Of a DNA stretch of 64,000 nt, positions 1 to 12,283 are shown one piece after another. Origin of the DNA: Octopus sinensis (Eukaryota). Each line of letters starts with the position of its first letter. The first letter of the stretch is position 1. The position numbers and the translations under genes were made by a program. The notes below the pieces were generated by a model. That model worked only from the letters and a program-made list of their open reading frames with translations. It ran no database searches and was not told the origin of the DNA. The stretch spans positions 10,168,001 to 10,232,000 of the forward strand of contig NC_043021.1 of the NCBI RefSeq assembly GCF_006345805.1, written 5' to 3'.

Positions 1-564
1 CACACAAACACACACATATACGATGGGCTTCTTTCAGTTTCCATCTACCAAATCCACTCCCAAGGCCATAGTAGAAGACACTTGCTCAAGGTGCGACGCA
101 GTGGGACTGAACTGGGAACCATGTGGTTCGTAAGCAAGCTACTTATAATTGATAAAAAAAAATGCATTACAAACAGAATTTTCTTGTATTAATTCTTTAA
201 ATTTCATGGTCCATTCCAATAATGATCTACCAAAAAAAAAAAAAAACAGAATTGGTATTTTCTGCAAGTCATGTTGCCTCAATAAACTTTACATAAAGGC
301 AGTGCTCCAGCATGGCCACAGTCAAATGACTGAAACAGACAAAATAGTTTCAAAACATGACATTCTTCCACAAAAGATAGATATTGGTATAATATATAAA
401 AACTGCTTTCTGTAGTAAAAGGTAATGGCATTTCAAATGGAGATATCTGATTTCTGCAGTAAAAGGGTTAGGCATTAAAAATAAACTAGAAATACTTAAA
501 TATGCTTCCCACTTTTTGGGTCTTTGTTACCATTCCTGCTTCTTTTTCTTTTCTTGAACCACAG

Positions 565-3115
565 TGGTAAGAGCTGCTCACACATTCTACAACTCAACCA
601 CCTCCATTCCTATAGACAGCACAGATCCAAATTCTTGTAAGAAAAAGACCAACATGTTAAACTGCATAACCAACCCAGAGGAAAAACGGAAAATTATTGG
701 TGATACATTTATGAAGGTAAAAGTTTGTTGCTATTATTATTAACCCTTTTGTTACTGTATTTATTTTGAGATGCTTTGTGTTTCTTTCAATTACTTTAAA
801 TATAACAAAGAATTTAGTAAAATAACTTAGTTATCATTCAGCTAGTATTAGGAACATAAATTGTGACTAAGGCTTGGTGGAAGATTTTAATTCAGAACTT
901 TTGAAAACAAGGCATTTGTACTACAGAGCCAGAGCCGGTTTCAGCGGGGTTGGTAACAAAAGGGTTAGGGCAGCGAGCTGATAGAACCATTAGCATGCCA
1001 GGCAAAATGCTTAGCGTTTTGTCTGTCTTCATGTTCTGAGTTCAAATTCTGCTGAGGTCAGCTTTGCCCTTCATCCTTTTGGGGTCAATAAGTACCAGTT
1101 GGGTACTGGGGTTGATGTAAGCGACTAACCTCCTCCCTTGAAATTGCTGGCCTTGTGCCAAAATTTGAGATGAACATCATCATCAATCATCACCATCATC
1201 AATCCCTCCCTAAGACAAGTGAGATGGAGTCATATCAGCGCTGATTTCAGACTTAATTAATCTTCATTAGTGACCCATTATTCCATTGCCGAGGGTTAAA
1301 GAACTTAACTCACCTTATCAGCCGTATAGAGAACACCTAAAGAAACAATATATATACACACACATACATGTATAACACACACGCATATATGCACAAATCT
1401 TTATATACATACATATATACAGTAGTCCCCTCCCCCAATGCAATATTTTCCTGTAACCCCTTTCCTATTTTGAAAAGATGCTCTAATCAATTTTTCGTAC
1501 CTTTTCAGGTGGCTACTGATGTCATCGAAGAATTAAATCTCAAACCACATGAAGTTTACCTTGGTCAAGGTAAGTTTTATTTTCTTAGTTTAACCTCTCT
1601 CTCTCAATGCAACGCAGCGTATTTCCCTCTGCAAATATGAATTTTTTTTGTACTTATTAATTTCTGCTGTTGACTGTTACCTCTGGTTTACTCTTTTACT
1701 TGTTTCAGTCATTTGACTGCGGCCATGCTGGAGCACCGCCTTTAGTCGAGTAAATCGACCCCAGGACTTATTTATTCTTTGGAAGCCTAGTACTTATTCT
1801 ATTGGTCTCTTTTGCTGAACCGCTAAGTTACAGGGACATAAACACACCACCATTGGTTGTCAAGCGATGTTGGGGGTACAAACACAGACACACAAACATA
1901 CACAAAAAAGCTACTGGGATTGATTCATTCAACTAAAAATTCTAATGGCTGAAACAAGTAAAAGACACCTTATAAGGTGGTACTCCAGCATGGCCTCAGT
2001 CTGTGGCTGCAACAAGTAAAAGATACATGTGTGCACGTGCATGTGTGTACATGAGTGCGATGTGAGAAAAGAGACTGGTTCTGGCATTTTACTTATGTGA
2101 AACTGCCTGAAATGTCAAAGTCATTTCCTCCTCTCAAGGGGCCTGCATTTATTCTCATTGCATAAATCATGAAATAATTGGAAAATGATTGGTTAAAAAT
2201 AAGGAGAGCAACAGAGGAGTGGCTGTGTGGTAAGTAGCTTGCTTACCAATCACATGGTTCTGGGTTTAGTCCCACTGTGTGGTACCTTGGGCAAGTGTCT
2301 TCCACTATAGCCTCGGGCCGACCAAAGCCTTGTGGGTGGATTTGGTAGACGGAAACTAAAAGAAACCTGTCATATATGTGTGTGTGTGCATGTATGTGTG
2401 TGTGTATATGTTTGTGTGTCCCCCAACATCGCTTGACAACTGATGGTGGTGTGTTTACGCACCCGTAACTTAGCGGTTCAGCAAAAGAGACCGATAGAAT
2501 AAGTACTAGGCTTACAAAGAATAAGTCCTGGGGTCGATTTGCTCGACTAAAGGCGGTGCTCCAGCATGGCCACAGTCAAATGACAAACAAGTAAAAGAGT
2601 AAAAAGGAGAGTATTTTGTAAAAATTCAGGGTCTTGTGTAGTACTCTTTCTTCCATGACTAAACAGCAGAGCAAAGACAAAAAAAAAAAAAAAAGCAAAA
2701 TCTCTTACCTCAAAATACTCAAGCAATTCTTATTTTTGAATTTTTTTTCCCCCTTACCAGCCCAGACTGTTGCTTGTTTCTTCAGATTATAGTTCTTTCT
2801 TCTTAAATTCTTAATTATTTATTAAATTATCTTTCCCCCCCAATCCTTTTAACCTGTGCTACCATCTTTGATGGCCATGATGACGATGATGATGATGATG
2901 CCGATTCACCTGCCTCCTCTCCTCATGCTTGCTTATTCCTCTCACTCACTCCCTCCTCCTGCTCCTCTCTATGTTTACTAAAACTGTACCACTTTATGTA
3001 TTTCTACCTCTACCTTGTACCCCAGTACACTAGTCTCTACATGGTACCCAGGTACACTAACACAGTACTACTCTATTTTTGTTTCTACTTTAGACCCAGA
3101 AACACTAACGCTGTA

Positions 3116-3150
<35 letters not shown>

Positions 3151-6100
3151 CCTTTACTAATGTGTGTACCTCTCTCTCTCTCTCTGCCCTGTACCCAGGT
3201 ACACTAAGACCAGATTTTATTGACAGTGCCTCCAGATTTGGAAGTTCAAACACAGATCCCATGAAAGGACATCACAATGATACAGAACTGGTCCGGGAAC
3301 TAAGATTGAAGGTAAGTTGGTGGGATGGAGAAACAATGTGGGTGTGATAGGTGAATGGGGTAGGTTTGTGGGTAACTGTGTGTGTTTATAGTGGGGTGGT
3401 GATGACTGGTGGGATTTAGAGTAGATTGCATGTGGGAATAACAGAATGTGGTAAAGTAAACTGAATGGGGTACTGTAGATGAAGTAGGGTGGATTGGGTG
3501 TACTAAGGTAGACTGAACATGAGTGAATATGTGGGTGGGAAAAGTGGATTGAGTTGGGGTGGGGAAAGACTAAGACGACAATTATTCCTGTGGTAATTGG
3601 TGCATTTGGCACAGCTCCTAAAAATCCTACCAAAGAAACTGAAAGAAATTGGAATTGTAATTCACATTGTTTGCAGAAAAGCCTAAGAAAGATTCTTGAG
3701 ATATGAGGAGACTTGTCATCAAACTTCAAGATAAAATTCCTGCTAATTATATTAGCATGTTCTCGCTTATTATTATTAATAATAATAATGATAATAATAA
3801 TAACAATGATAATTATTAATATTATTATCATCATCATCATCATCATCGTTTAGCGTCCGCTTTCCATGCTAGCATGGGTTGGACGGGTCAACTGGGGTCT
3901 GTGAGCTGGAAGGCTTCGTCAGGCCCAGTCAGATCTGGCAGTGTTTCTACGGCTGGATGCCCTTCCTAACGCCAACCACTCCGCGAGTGTAGTGGGTGTT
4001 TTTTACATGCCACCTGCACAGGTGCCAGACAGAGCTGGCGAACGGCCACGAACGGATGGTGCTTTTACGTGTCACCGGCACGGGGCCAAATTTTTACTAA
4101 AGGCATGAGGTCTGCAATTTTGTTGGGTGGGAGCTAGTCGATTACATCTACCCCAGTGCGTAACTGGTACTTAATTTATCAACCCCGAAAGGATGAAAGG
4201 CAAAGTCTACCTCAGCAGAATTTGAACTGCGAATGTATTGACAGGCGAAATACTGTTAAGTATGTCACCTGGCATGCTAATAATTCTGAGTGATTAAGAA
4301 TGAGGGCAGAAACCGGTGTGCTACTGTAGAAGAGATGCATGGTTACCCAGAGAGACTTAACAAGAAAGGGGACGGACACAGGTGTAAGTTTCTGTACCTG
4401 TTAATAATAATAATAATAATAGTAGTAGTAGTAGTAGTAGTAGTAGTAAGAATATGTTCTTCTTTTTGCAGGGTCGAGTAGTTGAACCTCTGAAAGATTT
4501 CCACAAGGATGAAGTTAGGCTGATTGGTAAAAATTTGGGTCTCCCTACAGAATTATTACAGAGACACCCTTTCCCTGGTAAGTTTATCTTTGTATATATA
4601 TATATATAGTTGAGTCTTTGTATATATAGTTAAGTACTGTTGCCGATATAATGGAATATCCCAAAATTTCAGGCCTTGTGTCTATAGTAGGAAGGATTGT
4701 TGTTGTTGTTCCTTATATTTTTTTTTTATTTATTTAATTCTAGGGCCTGGATTATCCATAAGGATCTTGTGTGCAGAAGATCGTTATATAGACAAAGAAT
4801 TTGGAGAAACGAACCAGTTATTGAAAATCATAAGTGACTATAGCAACTCTTTGAAAACGGTAACTTAGTTTGAGTTGGGTTTTTTTTCTTTTTGTGTATG
4901 TGACCATGCTGGAGCACATGTATGTAATGAAAAATATTTTTTGGGGTTGATTTATTTAATCTTTTGTGTACTGCTATTCGTCTCCACTGTCATATTCAAG
5001 CCAATGAAGGAGCTTCTATGCAGTTATTTGTCATGCTAGAAATAGCAGTCAAGCCTCCCTCCAAAGTGCACCTTATCATCTTAAAATAAGAACGCATTAG
5101 TCAATGTATTCCAAGGCATACCTGTGAAATGGTAGGATTGCCATGACTGGAATACCCTTGATCATAGATCTACCTGATCATGGATGACATGAATTTAAAC
5201 GGCAACAATTTCCATCCAAATGAGTTTGTGACAAAACCTCTACATTGTAGCTTATGTCCTGGGTAAGACTAAAATGCATCCAGCAGTGGGGACCTTGGTA
5301 TTGAAGTGCTTGGGTTTTGAGGAGTGTCACATCACTTCTTAGCCACTATTGTTCCCAGTTCTATTCTGACCTGGAGTAGTAGCACTTGTTAAAGGCCCCA
5401 ACCATGGGTCAACTAGCATGTGTGCTTTTGGGTGGATGGAGCTTGTCAGCCTGGAAGGCAGTCCATCTAGGAGAAGGGAACTCCAATATGAACCCACAGA
5501 TGCCATGTGCAATAGTGTGAACAAGGCGGATCTCAAGTCATCCGGCTGCCTGCTGCAACCACCCTAACCAGATCCAACATCACCAATCTCAGGGATGCCG
5601 TTGGCAAAGGCGAGCAGCCAAGTGTGTGAGCCTTGTGATTGCAATACATGGTCCACCCTACATTAAATCATGTGACGGTCATCTGTGACTTGAACAATGA
5701 GCCTCTCTGCTCCCTTCCCTAAGTCCAAAAGGGCTGACAAACTGGGTGATGGGGGCAGGCTTGATCAGCTGGAAACCCCTAGTCTGGAGCCACCTGCTGG
5801 TGACTCTCATGTCAAGGTCATCTTTCCATGTGGTGTAATACCCAAGAGGCTCAATCACCCACTACAGATTAACTAATCTAAAGAGGTGGTGAGCTGGCAG
5901 AAACGTTAGCACGCCGGGCGAAAGGCTTAGCAGCATTCCGTCTGACGTTATGTTCTGAGTTCAAATTCCGCCGAGGTCGACTTTGCCTTTCATCCTTTTG
6001 GGGTCGATAAATAAAGCACCAGTTACGCACTGGGGTTGATATAATCGACTTAATCCATTTGTCTGTCCTTGTTTGTCCTCTGTGTTTAGCCCCTTGTGGG

Positions 6101-9100
6101 TAGTAAAGAAATAGGTTATGAGTTAATACCAATGATAGTAGCTTGATCTGTCTGTCTGTCATATGTGCATTTGTGTGTTTGTGTGTGTGTGTGTGTAATA
6201 TTTCCCCTTGTCGACAAATATACAAAGTTAGCTGTGTCTTGGTTTTCTGAGTCAGTTTTTCAATTTTGTCTTTCAGCCTCACTCACTATTAAACAAGGTG
6301 AAAAGTTGCACCACTGTGGAAGAACAAGCTGACTTAGTGCGTATCACAGAATCACAGACTGTTGTTGCCATGCTCCTTCCTATCAAGAGCGTTGGAGTGC
6401 AGGTGAGTGTAATTTTGCTCTATTTATACCTTCAGCATTCAGATTACTCTGTCGAATGTAATGCTTATTTATTCACATTGTCTTGAATTAATCCACGTAT
6501 CATCTTGTAGCTTCAAGATTTCAATGGTCATCATTTAACATTCGTTTTCCATGCAGCCATGGGTTTGAAAAGAGCTGAGCAGCCGAAGGGCTGTTCAGGC
6601 TCCCTGTCTGTTTTGGCATTGTTTCTATGACTGGATGCCCTTCCTAATGCCAAACTGTTTGTTTTTGCTATGGCATTATAGAGTAGGTGTGAGATGTTGG
6701 ATCTGGCCAGTTTGAGTATAACTTCATGATGCCTTGGGCGAGTGTCTATTATAGCCTCTTGATTGATCAAAGACTTGTGAGTGGATTTGGTTGACAAAAA
6801 CTAAAAGAAGCCCTTCGTATATATATTTGTGTTTGTCTCCCTCCACTGTTTGACAACTGATGTTGATGTGTTTATGTCCCTGTAACTTAGTGGTTTGGCA
6901 AAACGAGATTGATAGAATAAATATCTTTACAAAATAAGTACTGGGCTTGGCTAGTTAGACTAAAAATTCCTCAAGGTAGTGCCACAGCATGGCCACAGTC
7001 TAATGACTGATACAACTAAAAGATAAAAGGACAGAGGTAGGTGTGTTGCTGAAGATGTGAATACATGGCTTACCTATCTGGAGAGAGAGAGAGAGAAGCT
7101 ACAAGGTGAATATCCCCCTCTCTCACATATACATACACACAAGGCAGTAACTTCTGCCTACCAAATTCAATCACAAAGCTTCGGTCGGCCCAGGGCTATA
7201 GCAGAAGACGCTTGCCCAAAGTGCCACGCGGTGGGACTGAACCTGAAACCATGTAGCTAGGAAGCAAGCTCCCTAACCACACAGCCGAAAGACAGAATAG
7301 GATAGAGAAACAGAAAAGGTGGAATGAGAGAATGAATATCTGTTATTAATGTATCTGTCTGTTTGTCTTTTCCAGGGTGACAATAGAACATACAGTTATG
7401 TAGCAGCTTTGTCAAGCGACATGAAACCTAAATGGGACAACTTGTTAACAATGGCTAAATTGATCCCTAAAATATGTCACAATATCAACAGGTTAGTAAA
7501 CAAACGATTAATTACTTCTTTATTCCTGATTGCTTTCCTTTTTGCCATCCTCCATTCTTTCCCTTTTTATTCCTTTTTCAATTTTCTTTTCTTTATTTAT
7601 TTCTCTTTCTTTTCCTTCTATTCAGTGTATGTGGTACCATGCCCGATGAAATAGAAGGGATGGTCACCATTGATCATAGGTCTTCCCAGAGTTGATTTGG
7701 TTAAATAACAAAGCTAATGTAGTCATACATATGTCTAAAAAAAAAAAATAAATGTGGTGGTCATTGCTGGAGTGGCTTTTATTATAATTCTGTTAGATTA
7801 TACCTTAGCCCTTTCATTACTGTATTTATTTTGAGATGCTCTGTATTTCTTTCAATTACTTTAAATATAATAAAGAATTTAGTAAAATAACTTGGTTATC
7901 ATTAAGCTAGTGTTAGGAACATAAATTGCGACTAAGGTATGGTGGAAGATTTTAATTCAAAACTTATGAAAACAAGACATTTGTACTACAGAGCCAGAGG
8001 AGGTTTCAGCCAGGTTGGTAACGAAAGGGTTAACCTGGGACAAAACAGAAACAAGATCAGCAATTTTGTGTTATTTTTTTTTGCTAACAATAAAAAAGAG
8101 AAATTTTGGTTCTTTCTGTTTTCATTCATTCATCCCTCCATCATCTCTGCCTACTATTCTGGGGTTAGTCATGGAGGCAGAGTCCTCAGGCCCCTTCTCC
8201 ATAGGGTGCTATCAAAAGCAACCCTCATTAAACTTTCTGGCTGGGTTCCCAACATTCCTGTAGTACCAGAGTTGTGGTCTCTTGATATGGAGAAGTAGTG
8301 GCTTGACCTGTGGCTGCACATGGCCTAGTTGTTAGAGCAGCAGGCTCGCATTCGAGGGATCGTGGGTTCAAATCTCAGACTTGGCGATGTGTGTGTTTAT
8401 GAGTGAAACACCTAAGCTCCACACAGCTCTGGCAGAAGGTAATGGCGAACTTCTGCTGACTCTTTCGCCACAACTTTCTCTCACTCTTTCCTCCTGCATC
8501 TAGCAGCTCACCTGTGATGGACCGGCGTCCCATCCAGGTGGGGAAACCTATATGCCAATGAAACTGGGAAACTGGCCCTAATGAGCCAGGTATGGCTCGA
8601 GAAGGAACAATCAGCAACAGTGGCTCAACCTGGAGAGACTCTCTGACTCCAAGCTACACACCCAGCCTGGGTCTTTCACTTCCATGTGTTCCATCTACTT
8701 TGAGAGATTGGCACTTCTTTATGGAGCTGTCGGCATCCATCTGCATCACATGACCAAACCAGCGCAGTCTTCTCTCTTGCACACTGCAGCTAATTCCTCT
8801 TATGCCTAACTTCTCTCTCATTTGAGTCAATCAGGCATTATCTTGTAGCTTCAATATTACAATGATGTGATTGTATTTTTTTTTTTTAGAATGACATTGT
8901 AGGGTAGGTGTGAGAGGTTGGATCTGGTCAGTTTTAACTTAAAAAGAATAGAATATTTTGGCCAGATATGGCTGGTTTAACCCTTTAGTGTTTAGATTAC
9001 TCTGTTAAATGTAATACTTTTTCACTCAAATTGTTTTGAATTAATCATACATTATCTTATAGCTTTGAGGTTCTGTGATCATCATCATCATCATTGTTTA

Positions 9101-11209
9101 ACGTCTGTTTTCCATGCTGGCATGGGTTGGACGGCTCAACCGGGGTCTGGGAAGACACAAGGCTGCGCCAGGCTCCAGTCTGATGTGGCGGGGTTTCTAC
9201 AGCTGGATGCCCTTCTTAACACCAACCACTTCGTGAGTGTAGTGGGTGCTTTTTACATGCCACCGGCACAGTATCCTTCCACCGGCACAGACGTACCATC
9301 AGTACAAGGGACGTGCCACCAGCACAGTATGTGATTGTTTATTTTTAGAATGTCAATGTAGGTTAGGTGACAGAGGCTAGATATGGCCAGTTTGAATATA
9401 AAACATGAGGAATATTTGGGCCGGTTTAAACACTAAAGGGTTAAGGATTGTTTTCATTAACCCCTTTATTTCTTGTTTTTCTTTTTTTTTTCCACTATTC
9501 AAGAGTCGTGTATGTGTTTGGAGGCCAAGTACGATTTCCCGTTGAAGATGTGACACCAACCTTTCTCACAGATGGCGTACTCAGCACGCTGCGCCAAGCC
9601 GACTACGTGGCAACCAAGGTGCTGCACGACTCTGCCTATGTGACCCGTCTCTCACAGATGCCCATCATCCTTGCACCGCTCCACTTTGACCGCGATCCCA
9701 TCAACCACCAGCCATCGTGCCAGAGATCAGTGATCATCCGTACATTCATATCCACCGACATCATGACTGGAGTGCCGGCCACACCCGGGGTACATATACC
9801 TGAAGATGTAAGTTTGTTTTCATTTCTCTAGACTTTGGCTATTGCTCTTACCCACCACGCATATATGACGGGGTGCTGAAAAGATCCTGGCTTTAAGGGT
9901 GACGCGAAAGGCCTGGTTAGAGGCCCAACCTTCCAAGTTCTTTTAGAGGGCTTAGAAAAACTGAAGGACCACTGCAATAAGTGTGTGAATCTGAAATGAA
10001 AATATGTTGAATAAAACCATAATTAACTGATCCTCCTGTATTTTCTTTTAGGCAAAGCCAGAACTTTTCAGCAACCCTTCGTGTGTGTGTGTGTATATAT
10101 TTTACTTGTTTGAGACAGTGACCATACTGGAGCACTGCCTTCATCTTTTAGTTGAATCAATTGACCCCATTACTTTTTTTTTCTTTTTCTTAAAGCCTGT
10201 TACTTAATACATCAGTCTCTTTGCCAAACAGCTAAGTTACAGGGATGTAAATGCACCAACACTGGTTGTCAAGCGGTGGTGGGAGACAAACACTGACATA
10301 CAGACACACACATACACTCAAAAAATCACGAAATACTAGTATCTTAAAACTATAAGAAGAAATAAAAAAAATTGATAAATTCGCTCTGAAATATTTTTTC
10401 TAGAAATCGGACTTTTGCACCAACCTGATATATTTGTGTTTGTATGTTTGTCTCCCTACCATTGCTTGACAACCGATGTTGCTGTGTTTACGTTCTCTGT
10501 AACTTAGCACTTTGGCAAAACAAAGGACTGATAGAATAAGTACTAGGCTTACAAAGAATAAGTCCTGGGGTTGATTTGCCTGACTAAAACCTGTTACGGC
10601 GGTGCTCTAGCATGGCCACAGTCACATGCTTGAAACAAGTAAAACCAACCATAAAAGCATATAATCATCATTTAATCTTTTACTTGTTTCAGTCATTTGA
10701 CTGCGGCCATGCTGGAGTACCGCCTTTAGTCGAGCAAATCGACCCCGGGACTTATTCTTTGTAAGCCCAGTACTTATTCTATCGGTCTCTTGCCGAACCG
10801 CTAAGTAACGGGGACGTAAACACACCAGCATCGGTTGTCAAGCAATGCTAGGGGGACAAACACAGACACACAAACACACACATACATATACATACATATA
10901 TACGACAGGCTTCTTCTAGTTTCCGTCTACCAAATCCACTCACAAGGCATTGGTCGGCCCGAGGCTATAGTAGAAGACACTTGCCCAAGATGCCACGCAG
11001 TGGGACTGAACCCGGAACCATGCGGTTGGTAAACAAGCTACTTACCACACAGCCACTCCTGCGCTATCATTGTATATGTAATCTTTTTTTTTTTCTTCTC
11101 CAATCAGGTTATTCAGAAGATGACAGAAGCCATATTAACCGTTCCTGGAATCTCTCGAGTTCTGTACGATCTAACGGCGAAGCCACCCAGCAACACGGAA
11201 TGGGAATGA
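565..11209 (+). CDS. GMPS: GMP synthase (glutamine-hydrolysing), 3' part: ATP-pyrophosphatase and C-terminal dimerisation domains; 5' exons lie upstream of the window
   Basis: Nine GT-AG exons in consistent phase: 565-716 ([12 protein letters not shown]...[14 protein letters not shown]), 1509-1569 ([20 protein letters not shown]), 3199-3311 ([10 protein letters not shown]...[14 protein letters not shown]), 4472-4577 ([16 protein letters not shown]...RHPFP), 4744-4859 ([10 protein letters not shown]...), 6277-6402 (...[10 protein letters not shown]), 7376-7491 (GDNRTYSY...CHNINR), 9504-9807 (VVYVFG...[16 protein letters not shown]...[11 protein letters not shown]), 11108-11209 (...[19 protein letters not shown]). 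Colinear with metazoan GMPS motifs. Confidence 0.97.
744..964. mobile_element. piggyBac-type MITE
   Basis: TTAA|CCCTTTTGTTAC ... GTAACAAAAGGG|TTAG terminal inverted repeats; second copy at 7809-8029. Confidence 0.75.
2215..2600 (+). mobile_element. tRNA-derived SINE family A (about 400 bp)
   Basis: Head GGAGTGGCTGTGTGGTAAGTAGC...GGTTC with A/B-box-like motifs; tail GAAACAAGTAAAAGAGTAAAA; more than 20 copies or fragments in the window. Confidence 0.85.
5340..5870 (+). mobile_element. Probable RTE 5' UTR-like repeat fragment
   Basis: GC-richer block containing GGCAGTCCATCTAGGAGAAGGGAACTC, similar to motifs in RTE 5' UTRs; no coding remnant recognised. Confidence 0.35.
5885..6118 (+). mobile_element. 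tRNA-derived SINE family B
   Basis: GAGCTGGCAGAAACGTTAGCACGCCGGGCGAAA...GAGTTCAAATTCCGCCGAGG; other copies at about 968-1175, 4130-4285(-), 19790-19895(-), 23790-24027(-), 26052-26275, 52648-52888. Confidence 0.8.
7809..8029. mobile_element. piggyBac-type MITE (same family as 744-964)
   Basis: Near-identical internal sequence; TIR ...GTAACGAAAGGG|TTAA. Confidence 0.75.
8310..8610 (+). mobile_element. tRNA-derived SINE family C
   Basis: tRNA-like head (TGGCCTAGTTGTTAG...GGTTCAAATC); second copy at 58063-58355(-). Confidence 0.75.
8660..8830 (-). mobile_element. RTE LINE fragment
   Basis: Minus strand [27 protein letters not shown]. Confidence 0.75.
8981..9440. mobile_element. piggyBac-type MITE with a nested (GAT)n-tailed retroelement (about 9081-9330)
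   Basis: TTAA|CCCTTTAGTGTTTA ... TAAACACTAAAGGG|TTAA; related fragments at 6430-6530 and 8835-8980. Confidence 0.75.
9866..10082. mobile_element. Mariner-type MITE retaining the transposase 3' end
   Basis: TIR ACGGGGTGCTGAAAAG / CTTTTCAGCAACCCTTCG; internal remnant [10 protein letters not shown] / [11 protein letters not shown] resembles the mariner C-terminus; related copy at 49528-50110. Confidence 0.6.
10430..11065. mobile_element. Tail-to-tail inverted pair of family A SINEs
   Basis: 10430-10650 (+) and 10675-11065 (-) are complementary over about 220 bp. Confidence 0.85.
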
Positions 11210-12239
11210 CACCCACCCAGGCGGAGCCGTAGCTCCGAGCAACACCACCCACACCACCGCTCTCACCAACGCTGCCACTGCTATCATCTTCATCATCGTT
11301 GTCGTCGTCATGCCAACCACCTCTACCATCACTGCTACCAACAACAACAACAACAACAGCAGCAGCAGCAATGGCACCACCACCAACAGCAGCAGCAGCA
11401 CTTCATTGTGGATGGTAACTGTTCAAAACCAGTAATGATGATGATGATGATAATGAGGACAAATGTGGTGGCGGTGGTGGCTGTTGTAAAGATAAAGGGG
11501 ACGATGGCGATGGTGACAGCAGTGTCGATGATGATGATAATGATAATAGAGATGGTGATAAGGTCACAATCGACCTCTGCTCCCACATATATGTGTGGCT
11601 AACTAGATTCTTTCTTTCGTTTTTTTTTTTTTTCTTTTCTTTTTCACTTTGGTCACTAGGATGAGTTACCCCTGCCCCTCTCCCATCATGCTATGGCCCC
11701 TTCCTCTTTCTGGTCCCTTCCTCACCTCTCTTCATTCTTTGATTCCTTTTTTTCGTGTTTTTGTTTGTATCCCAGACTTGTAGTTGTGGCAGGAGTGTTA
11801 TCTGCAGTGGTGTTGGTGGTGGTGGTGGTGGCAGTAGGAATGTCATTTGTGGTAGTTTTGGTGGTGGTAGTGGTGGTGGTTGGCTACGAAAGGTGATGGG
11901 TCATGTTTTGTACAGCGGTAGTAGTGGTAAGAAGGCTGTCCTGTGGCCGTTTGGAGTTGTGCGCAGTGGTGATGCTGGTGGCTGGAGACACGAGTGCAGT
12001 CATGCATGACATATGGGCTGCAGTGGATTTGTTGCATGAATCCCTGTCATTCATGCATGAAGGGATTTGTGTAACAATCTTGTAGGCAAGCACATCCAAT
12101 TAAGCGATGCTTTAATTTGCTTGATCTGCATCTCTACCACTGCACACAACCGATGCAGCATTTGGCGGGTTTGTACAGTCATGTGACCATGGTACTGTTC
12201 CTTCTTCTCTCTCAAATTGCTGACCTTGTGGAGCCTAAG

Positions 12240-12283
<44 letters not shown>

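Noticed and set aside
2215-2290. tRNA genes at SINE heads
   Set aside because: Only A/B-box-like heads attached to SINE bodies; no complete cloverleaf.
3217-3846. 209-aa minus-strand ORF
   Set aside because: Starts in (CAT)n/(AAT)n repeats, is low-complexity and lies antisense to a GMPS exon and intron; no recognisable domain.
5340-5420. HDV-like ribozyme at a putative RTE 5' end
   Set aside because: Forms a simple hairpin (GCCACTA/TAGTAGC), but the nested double-pseudoknot elements could not be placed.
10981-11232. 83-aa ORF from the track overlapping the GMPS last exon
   Set aside because: Starts in a SINE and reads the exon in a different frame from the conserved KPPxxTEWE frame.
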